64,000 nt of DNA from an uncultured delta proteobacterium (GTDB lineage: Bacteria > Myxococcota > Kuafuiibacteriia > Kuafuiibacteriales > Kuafuiibacteriaceae): contig CAWDML010000001.1 of NCBI GenBank assembly GCA_963803435.1, forward strand, positions 1,664,001-1,728,000. Direction: 5' to 3'. Shown one piece after another: positions 9,947 to 22,294 of the stretch. The position numbers and the translations under genes were made by a program. The notes under the pieces are model-generated. The model was not told the DNA's origin. It made no database searches and saw only the letters and a list, made by a program, of their open reading frames with translations. Every line of letters begins with the position of its first letter. The first letter of the stretch is position 1.

Positions 9947-10741
9947 ATGATGAAGCTCGGCTCTAGGGCGATTCCACCCCTGATGGTGGTGAGCCTGGGT
10001 CTGACCGCGTGCGTCGATCCGAACGACATCAAAGAGATCAAGAAGAACCAGAAGCAGATCATCGAGAAGATCGATGAGCTGTCGAAGCGGGGACCGACGG
10101 CGCCGCAGCCGCGGCCGCGGGGACCTCAGCCCGGTCGACCGGATCCGAGCAAGGTCTACGCTTTCGAGGTCGGCGACGCGCCCCAGAAGGGTCCGAAGGA
10201 CGCCTGGGTCACGATCGTCGAAGTCTCGGACTTCCAGTGACCGTTCTGTGGGAGGGTCGGTCCGACCCTCAAGCAGCTGGAGGAAAAGTACAAAGACGAC
10301 GTTCGGTTCGTATTTAAGAACTTCCCGTTGAGCTTTCATCAACGCGCCATGCCGGCGGCCATCGCCGCCACATGTGCAGGGGAGCAGGGCAAATTCTGGG
10401 AGATGGAAGACAAAATCTTCGCGAACCAGCGCGCCATGGAAGACGCAGATCTGGAGAACTACGCGAAGGAGACCGGCGTCGATCTCGGTCGATGGAAGAA
10501 GTGTGTCGCGGAAGGCACCACCAAGCCGAAGATCATGAAGGACATGGCGGACGCGACCCGTCTGGGTACGCGTGGAACGCCCGCGTTCTACGTCAACGGC
10601 CACTTCCTCTCCGGTGCCCAGCCCTTCCCGGCGTTCGATCAGCTCGTTCAGGAGGAGCTGAAGAAGGCCAAGGAGAGCGGCGTCCCGAAGAACGAGTACT
10701 ATCAGAAAGCCGTCGTCGAGAAGGGCGAGAAGAAAGTCTAG
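9947..10741 (+). CDS. DsbA-family thioredoxin-fold lipoprotein, predicted selenoprotein (UPFC; TGA 10238-10240 = Sec)
   Basis: ORFs 9947..10240 and 10328..10741 are in the same frame. Read-through gives EVSDFQ-U-PFCGRVGPTLKQLEEKYKDDVRFVFKNFPLSFHQRAMPAA, collinear with the paralog's EVSDFQ-C-PFCGRV. Also lipobox LTAC, cis-Pro loop GTPAF and GGAGG RBS. Confidence 0.92.
10246..10276 (+). promoter_or_regulatory. Bacterial SECIS element
   Basis: GAGGGTCGG-T-CCGACCCTC perfect inverted repeat (10252-10270) starting 11 nt after the TGA, with a G-containing apical loop and lower-stem CTG/CAG pairing. Absent from the Cys paralog. Confidence 0.85.
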
Positions 10742-10794
10742 CCCCCGCGCCCCGCTCCGCTCCCCCCACTCTCAATTTCTGGAGGAAAATCAGC

Positions 10795-11577
10795 ATGCAT
10801 CGCGCAACCCTTGTGGGCGTCGCGCTCGCGAGCCTCACGCTCGCGGCCTGCGTCGACCCGAACGACATCAGTGAGATCAAGAAGAACCAGAAGCAGATCA
10901 TCGAGAAGCTCGATGAGATCGGGAAGAAAGGTCCGGCCGCACCGTCACCGCGACAACGGCCCATGCCGAGGCGTCCAGATCCCGCAAAGGTCTATTCGTT
11001 CGACGTCGGCAGCTCTCCGATCCGCGGCCCCTCGGACGCCTGGGTGACCATCGTCGAGGTCTCCGACTTCCAGTGCCCGTTCTGCGGGCGCGTCACGCCG
11101 ACCCTCAAGCAGGTCAAGGACAAGTATGGCGAGGACGTCCGCTTCGTCTACAAGCACAACCCGCTGAGCTTCCACCAGCGCGCGATGCCCGCCGCGGTCG
11201 CCGCCGAGTGCGCGCACGAGCAGGGCAAGTTCTGGGAGATGCACGACAAGCTCTTCAGCAACCAGCAGGCGCTCGAGGACGCGAACCTCGAGGGCTATGC
11301 GAAGGAGATCGGCCTCGACGTCGGCAAGTGGAAGAGCTGCTTCGCCGCCGGCACCCCCAAGGCGAAGATCTCGCAGGACCAGCGGATGGCCGCCACGCTC
11401 GGCGCCAACGGAACGCCCGCGTTCTACATCAACGGGCGCTTCCTCTCCGGCGCGCAGCCCTTCCCCGCCTTCGATCAGCTCGTGCAGGAGGAGCTACAGA
11501 AGGCGAAGTCGAGCGGCGTCGCGAAGAACGACTACTACCAGAAGGCCGTCATCGAGAAGGGTCTGAAGACCATCTGA
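10795..11577 (+). CDS. DsbA-family thioredoxin-fold lipoprotein, Cys paralog (CPFC)
   Basis: GGAGG at 10781-10785, ATG 10795, lipobox LAAC, SDFQCPFC, GTPAF; highly similar to the upstream gene. Confidence 0.93.
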   Translation: MHRATLVGVALASLTLAACVDPNDISEIKKNQKQIIEKLDEIGKKGPAAPSPRQRPMPRRPDPAKVYSFDVGSSPIRGPSDAWVTIVEVSDFQCPFCGRVTPTLKQVKDKYGEDVRFVYKHNPLSFHQRAMPAAVAAECAHEQGKFWEMHDKLFSNQQALEDANLEGYAKEIGLDVGKWKSCFAAGTPKAKISQDQRMAATLGANGTPAFYINGRFLSGAQPFPAFDQLVQEELQKAKSSGVAKNDYYQKAVIEKGLKTI

Positions 11578-11586
11578 CCGCCGCTC

Positions 11587-11949
11587 TCACTTCAAGAATC
11601 GCCACGCCGCCCGGTTCCAGGGCTCGAAGATCGCCGCGACCCCGAGGGCGATCAGCAGGAAGCCGATGATCATGTTCGGCCGGATCGGCTCCTTCAGGTA
11701 GAGCACCAGAAAACCCACGAACACGGTCAGCGTGATCACCTCCTGGATCGTCTTGAGGTGCGCGGTCGTCAGTCCGGCGTCGCTCCCCATGCGGTTCGCC
11801 GGGACCTGGAGACAGTATTCGAAGAACGCGATGCCCCAGCTGACGATGATGACCAGGAGGAGCGCCTTCTGCTTGTAGCGGAGGTGCCCGTACCAGGCGA
11901 ACGTCATGAAGATGTTGGAGAGGGTGAGGAGACCGACGGTCTTCCACAT
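11587..11949 (-). CDS. DMT-family small membrane protein (DUF486-like)
   Basis: SNIFMTFAWYGHL...SWGIAFFEYCLQVPANR...LKTIQEVITL signature. Confidence 0.88.
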   Translation of the reverse strand: MWKTVGLLTLSNIFMTFAWYGHLRYKQKALLLVIIVSWGIAFFEYCLQVPANRMGSDAGLTTAHLKTIQEVITLTVFVGFLVLYLKEPIRPNMIIGFLLIALGVAAIFEPWNRAAWRFLK

Positions 11950-11964
11950 AGGCAGGCTCGCGAC

Positions 11965-13917
<1,953 letters not shown>

Positions 13918-13932
13918 TTGAATTCGTTCCGT

Positions 13933-15066
13933 CTACTCGATCGGCGGGGTTTTTCCAGGGCCTTTCCCGGCAACCTCTAATGTGACCCGCCTTTCGGCGG
14001 CCTGCAACACTGCATTGTCCCTAACATCGAAGACCCAGACGCGCTGCGTCTCCGACACGATCGGCGCGTCGGCGGATCGTAGAACGCCCGGCACCCAAAC
14101 CACCCGATCACCCTCGTCTACCACCAGCAGAGTCTGCGCCCTCGATTCCTGCGGCACGCCCGCCGCACGAAGCACTTCGGCCACTTTCGTCCGACCTTTC
14201 ATCCCGAACGGTTGAATTCGGTCGCCCGGTCGAAGATTGCGGATGGCCGGGTGCGGGAGCGCATCCGCGTCGAACATCGCCTGGGCCACGCCATCCGCGA
14301 TGGCGCCGCCCGTCCAGGCGGCACTGCGCATCGAGATCACAGGTCCCTCCCACCCGCCTTCGCTCGCCGGTGGGGTCGAACGCAGCAACACGTCTTCCGA
14401 GATCTGAACGCTTGACGGTGCGGTTCGCATCCGCGCGAGCCGCGCCGCAAAGCCGGAGCGGTAGCGGCGCTCGATCAGCGGGAGCAGCTCCTTGCGGATG
14501 CGGTTGCGCAGATAGCGCGGCTCCAGGTTGCTCGGATCCTCGCGCCATCTCAGCCCGCGGGAGGCTGCGTACAGTCCGACCTCCACACGTGGCACATCGA
14601 GCATCGGCCGGAGGATCCGATCGCGCCGGCGCTGGATGCCGCACAGCGCGTCCAGCGCGGTGTTGCGGAGGAGCTGGAGCATGAGGGTCTCGGCCTGATC
14701 GTCGGCCGTGTGGGCCGTGGCGATCAGCACCGCCTGGGCCCGCGCGCGCTGCGATTCGAGGGCTTCGTATCGGACCCGCCGAAGCTCGGCCTCGGCATCG
14801 CTCGCCGGTGAGACCACGTCGACGAGCGACGTCGCGCCCAGCTGCTGCGCCAGCGCGGCGACGAAGCCGGCGTCCTCGGCCGAGCCGGGGCGCACCCGAT
14901 GATCGACGTGGCCGAGGATCACCCGGCGTGCGCCCAGGAGCTCGGTGCAGGCGTGGGCCAGGACCACCGAGTCGCGCCCGCCCGAGCAGGCCACCAGGAC
15001 GCGGGCCTCGCCCGACCGAAGCACGCCCTCCGCGGACAACCAGCGCTCGACCTCCGCCAGGATCAT
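13933..15066 (-). CDS. tilS: tRNA(Ile)-lysidine synthetase
   Basis: ACSGGRDS, TAHTADDQAET, EDPSN..YLRNRIR; GGAGG upstream of ATG 15066. Confidence 0.95.
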   Translation of the reverse strand: MILAEVERWLSAEGVLRSGEARVLVACSGGRDSVVLAHACTELLGARRVILGHVDHRVRPGSAEDAGFVAALAQQLGATSLVDVVSPASDAEAELRRVRYEALESQRARAQAVLIATAHTADDQAETLMLQLLRNTALDALCGIQRRRDRILRPMLDVPRVEVGLYAASRGLRWREDPSNLEPRYLRNRIRKELLPLIERRYRSGFAARLARMRTAPSSVQISEDVLLRSTPPASEGGWEGPVISMRSAAWTGGAIADGVAQAMFDADALPHPAIRNLRPGDRIQPFGMKGRTKVAEVLRAAGVPQESRAQTLLVVDEGDRVVWVPGVLRSADAPIVSETQRVWVFDVRDNAVLQAAERRVTLEVAGKGPGKTPPIE

Positions 15067-15121
15067 GCGACCCTCCGAGTATGGTTGACCGGGGCCGAGC
15101 CTGAAAGCGAGGTTCGCGCGC

Positions 15122-16780
15122 ATGACCGCTCCCGTGATCCATCCGCCGACCGGCACCACCCTCTCCTGCAAGGGCTGGGTGCAAGAAGCCGCCTTCCGCA
15201 TGATCCAGCACAACCTCGACCCCGACGTCGCGGAGCGGCCGGACGATCTCGTCGTCTACGGAGGTACCGGAAAGGCGGCCCGAGACTGGCCGAGCTTTCA
15301 CCGGATCCTCGACTGCCTGAAGGCGCTCGAGGAAGACGAGACGCTCCTGGTCCAGTCGGGCAAGCCGGTCGGCGTCCTGCGCTCCCACCCGGACGCGCCG
15401 CGCGTGCTGATCGCGAACTCGAACCTGGTCGGCAAGTGGGCCACCTGGGACTGCTTCCGCGAGCTCGAGAAGAAGGGCCTGATCATGTACGGCCAGATGA
15501 CCGCCGGCTCCTGGATCTACATCGGAACGCAAGGCATCTTGCAGGGGACCTTCGAGACGTTCGCCGCGGCCGGGCGCACGCACTTCGGGACCGACGATCT
15601 GTCGGGGCGCTTCGTGCTCTCGGCGGGGCTCGGCGGCATGGGCGGCGCGCAGCCGCTGGCGGCGACGATGCTGGGCGCCGCCTTCCTGGGCGTCGAGGTC
15701 GATCCGGCGCGGATCCGCCGGCGCCTGGAGACGAGGTACCTCGACGAGGTGGCGAGCGATCTCGACGACGCGCTCCGCCGGATCGAGCGGGCGAAGGCCG
15801 AGCGGCGCCCGCTCTCGGTGGCGCTCGCGGGCAACGCCGCCGACGTCTATCCGGAGCTGGTGCGCCGCGGCGTCGTGCCGGACCTAGTGACCGACCAGAC
15901 CAGCGCGCACGATCCCTTGAACGGCTACGTCCCGCGGGGAATGTCCCTCGACGACGCCCTCGCCCTCCGGAAGCGCGACCCCGCGGGCTACGTCGCCGCC
16001 AGCACCGCCTCGATGGCGGCCCACGTGGAGGCGATGGTCGATCTCATGAAGCGCGGTTCCCACGTCTTCGACTACGGGAACAACATCCGCGCCTTCGCCC
16101 AGGAGGGCGGGTTCGCCGAGGCGTTCGCGTTCCCCGGGTTCGTGCCGGCGTATATCCGGCCGCTGTTCTGCGAGGGCCAGGGGCCCTTCCGGTGGGTGGC
16201 GCTCTCCGGCGATCCGGCGGACATCCGCGCCACCGAGGACGCGCTCTTGGCGGCGGTCCCGGACGTGCCGCACCTGTCGAGGTGGATCGGGCTCGCGCGG
16301 GAGAAGGTGCGATTCCAGGGGCTGCCGTCGCGGATCTGCTGGCTCGGCATGGGGCAGCGCGCCGAGGTCGGCGCAGCGTTCAACGCGCTGGTGAAGCGCG
16401 GCAAGGTGAAGGCGCCGATCGTGATCGGACGCGATCACCTCGACTGTGGGAGCGTGGCCTCGCCCAACCGCGAGACCGAGGCGATGCGGGACGGCAGCGA
16501 CGCCATCGCCGACTGGCCGATCCTCAACGCGCTGATCAACGCGGTGAACGGCGCCTGCTGGGTCTCGTTCCACCACGGAGGCGGCGTGGGCATCGGCTAC
16601 TCGCTGCACGCCGGCATGGTGATCGTCGCGGACGGCACCCCGGCGGCGGCCGCCCGGCTCGATCGCGTGCTCACCAGCGACCCGGGGATGGGCGTGCTCC
16701 GGCACGTGGACGCGGGCTATCCGGAGGCGGTCGAGACCGCGAAGCGCAACGGCGTGAAGATCCCAGGGCTGAGCCGGTGA
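15122..16780 (+). CDS. hutU: Urocanate hydratase
   Basis: [56 protein letters not shown]. Confidence 0.98.
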   Translation: MTAPVIHPPTGTTLSCKGWVQEAAFRMIQHNLDPDVAERPDDLVVYGGTGKAARDWPSFHRILDCLKALEEDETLLVQSGKPVGVLRSHPDAPRVLIANSNLVGKWATWDCFRELEKKGLIMYGQMTAGSWIYIGTQGILQGTFETFAAAGRTHFGTDDLSGRFVLSAGLGGMGGAQPLAATMLGAAFLGVEVDPARIRRRLETRYLDEVASDLDDALRRIERAKAERRPLSVALAGNAADVYPELVRRGVVPDLVTDQTSAHDPLNGYVPRGMSLDDALALRKRDPAGYVAASTASMAAHVEAMVDLMKRGSHVFDYGNNIRAFAQEGGFAEAFAFPGFVPAYIRPLFCEGQGPFRWVALSGDPADIRATEDALLAAVPDVPHLSRWIGLAREKVRFQGLPSRICWLGMGQRAEVGAAFNALVKRGKVKAPIVIGRDHLDCGSVASPNRETEAMRDGSDAIADWPILNALINAVNGACWVSFHHGGGVGIGYSLHAGMVIVADGTPAAAARLDRVLTSDPGMGVLRHVDAGYPEAVETAKRNGVKIPGLSR

Positions 16781-17535
16781 AGATCGATCTGTCGGATCGG
16801 GTCGTGCTGATCACGGGTGCGTCCCGCGGGATCGGCCGGGAGGCGGCCCGCCTGGTGGGCGAGGCCGGCGGCCGCGTGGGCGTGAACTATCATCGAAGCG
16901 CACGGGAAGCGGAGGCGCTGGTCGAGGAGATCGGCGCTGCGCGCGCAGTGGCCGTTCGGGCAGACATGGGCGAACCCGACCAGGTTCAGGCGATGATCCG
17001 ATCGGTCGAGGATCGGTTCGGACGGATCGACGTGCTGGTGAACAACGCGGCCGTCTTCAAAGAGAACCGCTTCGACGGCGACGACTATCTTCGCTGGCGT
17101 GCGGGCTGGGAGGCGACCTTCCGCGTCAACGTGTTCGGTGCTGCAAACGCGGCCTTTCTCGCCATGCACGCAATGCGAAAGCGCGGGGGAGGTCGCATCA
17201 TCAATGTCGCGTCCCGCGCGGCCTTTCGCGGAGAGACGGAGTTCGCCGATTACGGCGCGTCCAAGGCGGCCCTCGTCAACCTGACGCGCTCGATCGCGCG
17301 GGCCTGCGCGAAGGACGGGATCACGTCCGTGTGCGTCGCGCCCGGCTTCGTCGACACCGAGATGGCCGCCTCAGAGCTCGCGGCGGACTTCGAAGAGATC
17401 ATCCGTCAGATACCGCTTGGTCGGGTCGGCACCGTGCGAGACGTCGCCGCGCTCATCGTGTTCCTCGCGGCGCCGGTCTCCGAGTACCTCAACGGGACGA
17501 CCGTGGATCTCAACGGAGGCTCTTGGTTCCATTGA
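16777..17535 (+). CDS. SDR family oxidoreductase
   Basis: GTG overlaps the hutU stop; [20 protein letters not shown]. Confidence 0.92.
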   Translation: MKIDLSDRVVLITGASRGIGREAARLVGEAGGRVGVNYHRSAREAEALVEEIGAARAVAVRADMGEPDQVQAMIRSVEDRFGRIDVLVNNAAVFKENRFDGDDYLRWRAGWEATFRVNVFGAANAAFLAMHAMRKRGGGRIINVASRAAFRGETEFADYGASKAALVNLTRSIARACAKDGITSVCVAPGFVDTEMAASELAADFEEIIRQIPLGRVGTVRDVAALIVFLAAPVSEYLNGTTVDLNGGSWFH

Positions 17536-17584
17536 GAAGGTCGTGTTAGAGCGCAGGCGCCCCAAGGGACGGGGAGGAAAAAGA

Positions 17585-20500
17585 ATGCTGCGCTCACGAT
17601 CATCACGCCTGAGACTCACAGTCTTACTCATCGCGAGCGTCGCCGGCTGCGGAGGGGACCGCCCCACCGCGCCTGCGGCGCAGCAGGACGCGGTCTTGGC
17701 CTCGACCAAGCTCTCGCCCGCCAACCCGACGCTGACCGCGCTCGCCAGCGCCGCCGGCGGCTATGTCAGCTCGGTGGACGCCGACGGCGTCCCCAGTTCA
17801 TCTGGGCCCTCGACCACCAGGCCGCCCGGCCCGGCGAGACGCCGCTCGCGGCGGCCCAGCACCATCTCGCCCGCTATGCCGCGGCGCTCGATCTCCGGTC
17901 GAGCGATCTCGACACGGCCGAGCTCCAGTTCCTCCGCGACATGGGTGAGGGCGGATTCCTCGCCAAGTGGCACCAGCGCGTCGCAGGCGTCGAGGTCTAC
18001 CCGGCCGAGATGGCCGTGCTCATGCGCAAGAACCTCGAGCTGGTCGCGATCAGCGGCCGGCTGCGCAGGGGCTCCGCGCCGCGCGCCGCGTTCGAGCTCT
18101 CGCCGGCGGCGGCCCTGGCGCTGGCCCTCGACACCCACCTGGGCGCGGGTCTGAACCCGGAGGACCTCCTCGAGGTCGCCACCACCGACGCCGGGCATCG
18201 CTTTCGCCTGGCGCCCGGTCCGATCCAGATGTCGGACTCCCGCGTGAAGCCCATCTTCTACGCACGCGGACAGCAGCTCACGCCGGCCTGGTTCGTCGAG
18301 TTCTACGCGGGGCCGAGCGGAAGCGTCGACACCGACGCCTATCGGTACATCCTCTCCGCCGTCGACGGCACCGTCCTCGACAAGCGCAACCTCTCCGCGA
18401 ACGAGGCGTACACGTTCCGCGTCTGGGCCGACCCGACCACGGGCCGCCCGCACGACGGCCCGACCATGGATCCGACGCCGCACCCGACCGGAATGCCCAA
18501 CGGGTACGTGCCGGCGATCATCGCGCCCGAGCTGGTCACGATCGACGGCTTCAACCGGTTCAACGACACCTGGCTCCCCAGCAATGCCACCGAGACCCGC
18601 GGCAACAACGTCGACGCCTACTCGGATCAGGGCGGCGCCGACGGCTATACGAACGGCGACCTCCGGGCGACGCGCACCGGACCGCGCACCTTCGATCGCA
18701 CGTTCGACGTCACGATGGATCCGATCGCCAACGAGGACCAGACCATGGCCTCGGTCGCGGAGATCTTCTACGTCACGAACTGGCTCCACGACTTCTGGTA
18801 CGACTCGGGCTTCGACGAGGCCTCCGGCAACGCGCAGGAGAACAACCTCGGCCGCGGCGGTGTAGCCGGCGATCCGCTGCATGCAGAAGCGCAGGACAAC
18901 GTCCTGGGCGGCTCGCGCAACAACGCGAACATGTCGACGCCCTCCGACGGCATGTCCCCGCGCATGCAGATGTACTCGTGGACCGGCGCGGAGACGGCGC
19001 GGATCACGCTGACGCCGGGCGGTGAGATCCAGGCCGGCACCGCGGGCGGCTTCGGCGCGGTCAACTTCGACCTCACCGCGCAGATCGTCGAGGGTCTCGA
19101 CGGCTCCGGCACCACCACCGACGGGTGCGAGCCGATCACGAACAACGTCTTCGGCCGGATCGCGCTGGTCGATCGCGGCACCTGCACCTTCACGCAGAAG
19201 GCGGCGAACGTGCAGGCCGCCGGCGCGGTCGGCATCATCATCGCCGACAACGCGCCGCGGCCCTTCCCGCCCGGCCTGGGCGGCGCCGACCCGTCGATCA
19301 CCATCGTGGTCCTCTCGGTGCTGCAGTCGGACGGTACGGCCATCCGGACCGCGCTCGGCAACGGTCCGGTCACGGGCAACATGTTCCGGCAGGTCGATGT
19401 CGATCGCGACGGCGGGCTCGACCACACCGTCGTGGCCCACGAGTGGGGCCACTACCTGCACCACCGCCTCGCGGACTGCGGAAATACGCAGTGCGCCGCG
19501 ATGTCCGAAGGCTGGGCCGACTGGAACTCGATCTACATGGCGCTGGCCGACGGCGACGATCTGGACGGCGCGTTCCCGAGCGGTGTCTGGGCCACCTACG
19601 ACAGCCCCGACTCCTCGTACTTCGGCATCCGGCGCGTCACCTACAGCGCGGACCTCAGCCGGAACGCGCTGACGCTCGGCGCCATCTCCGACGACGCCAC
19701 GCTCCCCACCACGGCGCCGATCCAGGACTTCGGAAACAACTCCGAGGTCCACAACGCCGGCGAGGTCTGGTGCACGATGATGTTCCAGGCCTACACCGCG
19801 CTGGTCCGCACGCGCACGTCGACCGGCGCCACGTTCGCCGAGGTCCAGCGTCTGATGGGCGACTACGTGGTGGCCGGCCTGCAGATCACGCCCCGCGACG
19901 CCACCTACACGGAGCAGCGCGACGCCATCCTGGCCGCCGCGTTCGCCCGCAGCCCCTCCGACATGATGGCGATGGCCGACGCCTTCGCCCTCCGCGGCGC
20001 AGGCAGCTGTGCCCTGTCGCCGCCTCGCGACTCGGAGGACTTCATCGGCGTCTCGGAGAGCTTCACCCTCAACCCGAACCTGGCGCTCGGGACGGTCTCG
20101 TTCGACGAGAGCGTCCGCTCCTGCGATCAGGACGGCATCCTCGACGCCGACGAGACCGGACGCGTGCGGGTCACCGTCGCCAACGGCGGGCCCGTCGCCC
20201 TCTCCGGCGCCTCGGTCACCCTCACCTCCACCTCCGCGGGCGTCTCGTTCCCCGGCGGCGCCAGCTTCCCGATCGCCGACCTGGAGCCCTTCAGCTCGAC
20301 GCAGGTCGAGCTCCAGATCGCCCTCGACAAGACGCTCAGCGGCATGAGCTCGCTGGTGCTGGGCGTGCGCCTCGACGCCCCCGGCTCCTGCCAGACCACG
20401 ATGACCAGCACCGTGATCTCGCGCGTGAACTACGACGAGGTCGGCGGCACCACGACCGACGATGTCGAGAGCCGCGGTTCGCCCTGGACCACCACCGGCG

Positions 20501-22242
20501 AGCTGGCGGCGGACGCCTGGGCTCGCAGCCAGGTGGCGCCGTTCGACCACGCCTGGGTGGGGACGGATCTCGGGACCACCAGCGACACCTCGCTGGAATC
20601 GCCACCGCTCATGGTGAGCGCGACCGAGTCGTTCGTGTTCTCGTTCGACCAGCGCTACGAGTTCGAGGCCGACGACATCTTCTGGGATGGCGGCGTCATC
20701 GAGGTCAGCACCGACGGCGGGCAGAACTGGGATGACCTGTCGACCTACGTGGATCCGGGGTACGGCGGCGAGCTCACCGACATCAGCGGCAATCCGCTGG
20801 CGCTTCGGATGGCGTACGTCGGCACCAGCAGCACCTGGCCGGACCGCAACCGGGTCGCGTTCGACCTCGGCACGCAGCTGGCGGGACAGACGGTGCAGAT
20901 CCGCTTCCGCATCGGCACCGACGCGGGCGCGGGCCGCTACGGATGGGAGATCGACAACCTCGACTTCCAGGGGATCACGAACGCGCCGTTCGAGACGATC
21001 GGCGAGGACGTGGGCGCCTGCCCGATCGAGCTCCTGGCAGACGCCGGCCCCGATCAGACGGTCGACCCGGCGCAGATCGTGGATCTCGACGGCACCGCCA
21101 GCCGGAGCTTCTCGAACCTGCCGCTGACCTACGCCTGGTCGCAGTCTGCCGGTCCGACGGTGACGCTCACCGGCGGCGACACCGCCACCCCGCGCTTCGC
21201 CGCGCCGACCCGCCAGGTGGAGACGACGCTGACGTTCCTGCTCACGATCGGGGACGGCGTCTCGACCGCGACCGACTCCGTCGACATCACCGTCCGGCCC
21301 GGAGCGGCCGCGGTGGTGACGGCGAACGCCGGCCTCGATCAGACGGTCGATCCCACCAGCGAGGTGGTGCTCGACGGCTCCGGCAGCACCACCACGGGCG
21401 CCGATCCGCTGACCTACGCGTGGACGCAGACCGCCGGTACACCGGCCGTCACGCTCACGGGTGCCGACGGTCCGGTCGCGCGCTTCACCGCGCCGGCTCC
21501 GGACGTCAACGCGACGCTGACGTTCGACCTCTCGGTGAGCGACGGCGTCAACACCGCGGTCGACACCGTGGTCATCACCGTCCGCGGCGCCGCCCTCTCG
21601 GCGGACGCCGGACCGGATCAGACGGCCGACGCGGGCACGCTCGTGATCCTCGACGGCTCCCAGAGCCGGAGCGCCGCCGGGCTGCCGCTCACGTTCGCGT
21701 GGGCGCAGACCGACGGCCCGAGCGCCACGATCACCAACGCCGACGGCGCCGTGGCCCGCTTCGAGGCTCCCGCGGTCGACGCCGACACCGTGCTCACGTT
21801 CGAGCTCACGGTCGGCGACGGCACCCGGATGGCCACGGACTCGGTGGAGATCACGGTGCGCGCCGCGGGCCTGACCGCGGACGCCGGTGCGGATCAGACG
21901 GTCAACGCGAAGGACAAGGTCGCCCTCGACGGCTCTCGGAGCCAGGGCAACAACCTCACCTACGCGTGGGCCCAGACCGCAGGCCCGATGGTCACGCTGT
22001 CGAGCCCGGCCAGCGCCGTCACCACGTTCACCGCCCCGATGAACGCGACGACGCTGACCTTCGAGCTGACCGTGAGCGACGGCGCGGCGATGGCGACCGA
22101 CACGGTGACCATCACCGTCCGCGCCGCCACCGACGAGGGCGGCTGCGGCTGCTCGACGACGCACACCGGCACCGAGGGCAGCGCCTGGGCCATCCTGGCC
22201 CTGGCCGGCCTCGGGATGATCTTCCGCCGCCGCCGCCACTGA
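17585..22242 (+). CDS. M36 (fungalysin-like) metallopeptidase with PA domain, 4 PKD-like repeats and MYXO-CTERM tail; frameshift at about 17791-17794
   Basis: RBS and ATG 17585 give a lipoprotein signal (VAGC). Frame changes at CCCC to FIWALDH..., which is continuous with ORF 17941..22242. Motifs: HEWGH, MSEGWAD, ALVDRGTCTF and GGCGCS-TM-RRRRH. Confidence 0.85.
21037..22125 (+). repeat. Four tandem ~90-aa PKD/Ig-like coding repeats
   Basis: Repeating 'A(D/N)AG.DQT....V.LDGS.S....LT(Y/F)AW.Q..GP.VT......F.AP......LTF.L.V.DG....D.V.ITVR'. Confidence 0.85.
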
Positions 22243-22253
22243 GACTCGCGGAC

Positions 22254-22284
22254 CGAGAAGCCGGGCCCCGCGCCTGGCTTCTCG
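22254..22284. terminator. Hairpin between convergent genes (probable bidirectional terminator)
   Basis: CGAGAAGCCGGG-7 nt-CCTGGCTTCTCG, a 12-bp stem with one G-U pair; no U-tract. Confidence 0.6.
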
Positions 22285-22294
22285 CGCCCGATCC

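Noticed and set aside
10238-10240. Treating the TGA as a nonsense mutation (pseudogene) or two separate genes
   Set aside because: It falls exactly on the catalytic Cys codon, has a correctly spaced hairpin, and the downstream frame is intact and conserved.
21037-22125. Repeats as a possible CRISPR array or mobile element
   Set aside because: Degenerate in-frame protein domain repeats; no identical repeats with spacers and no cas or transposase genes.
17761-22239. 1492-aa antisense ORF and many other long overlapping ORFs (e.g. 6987..9950, 11758..13980, 37489..40335)
   Set aside because: Shadow frames of real genes in high-GC DNA; Arg/Gly/Ala-rich with no motifs.
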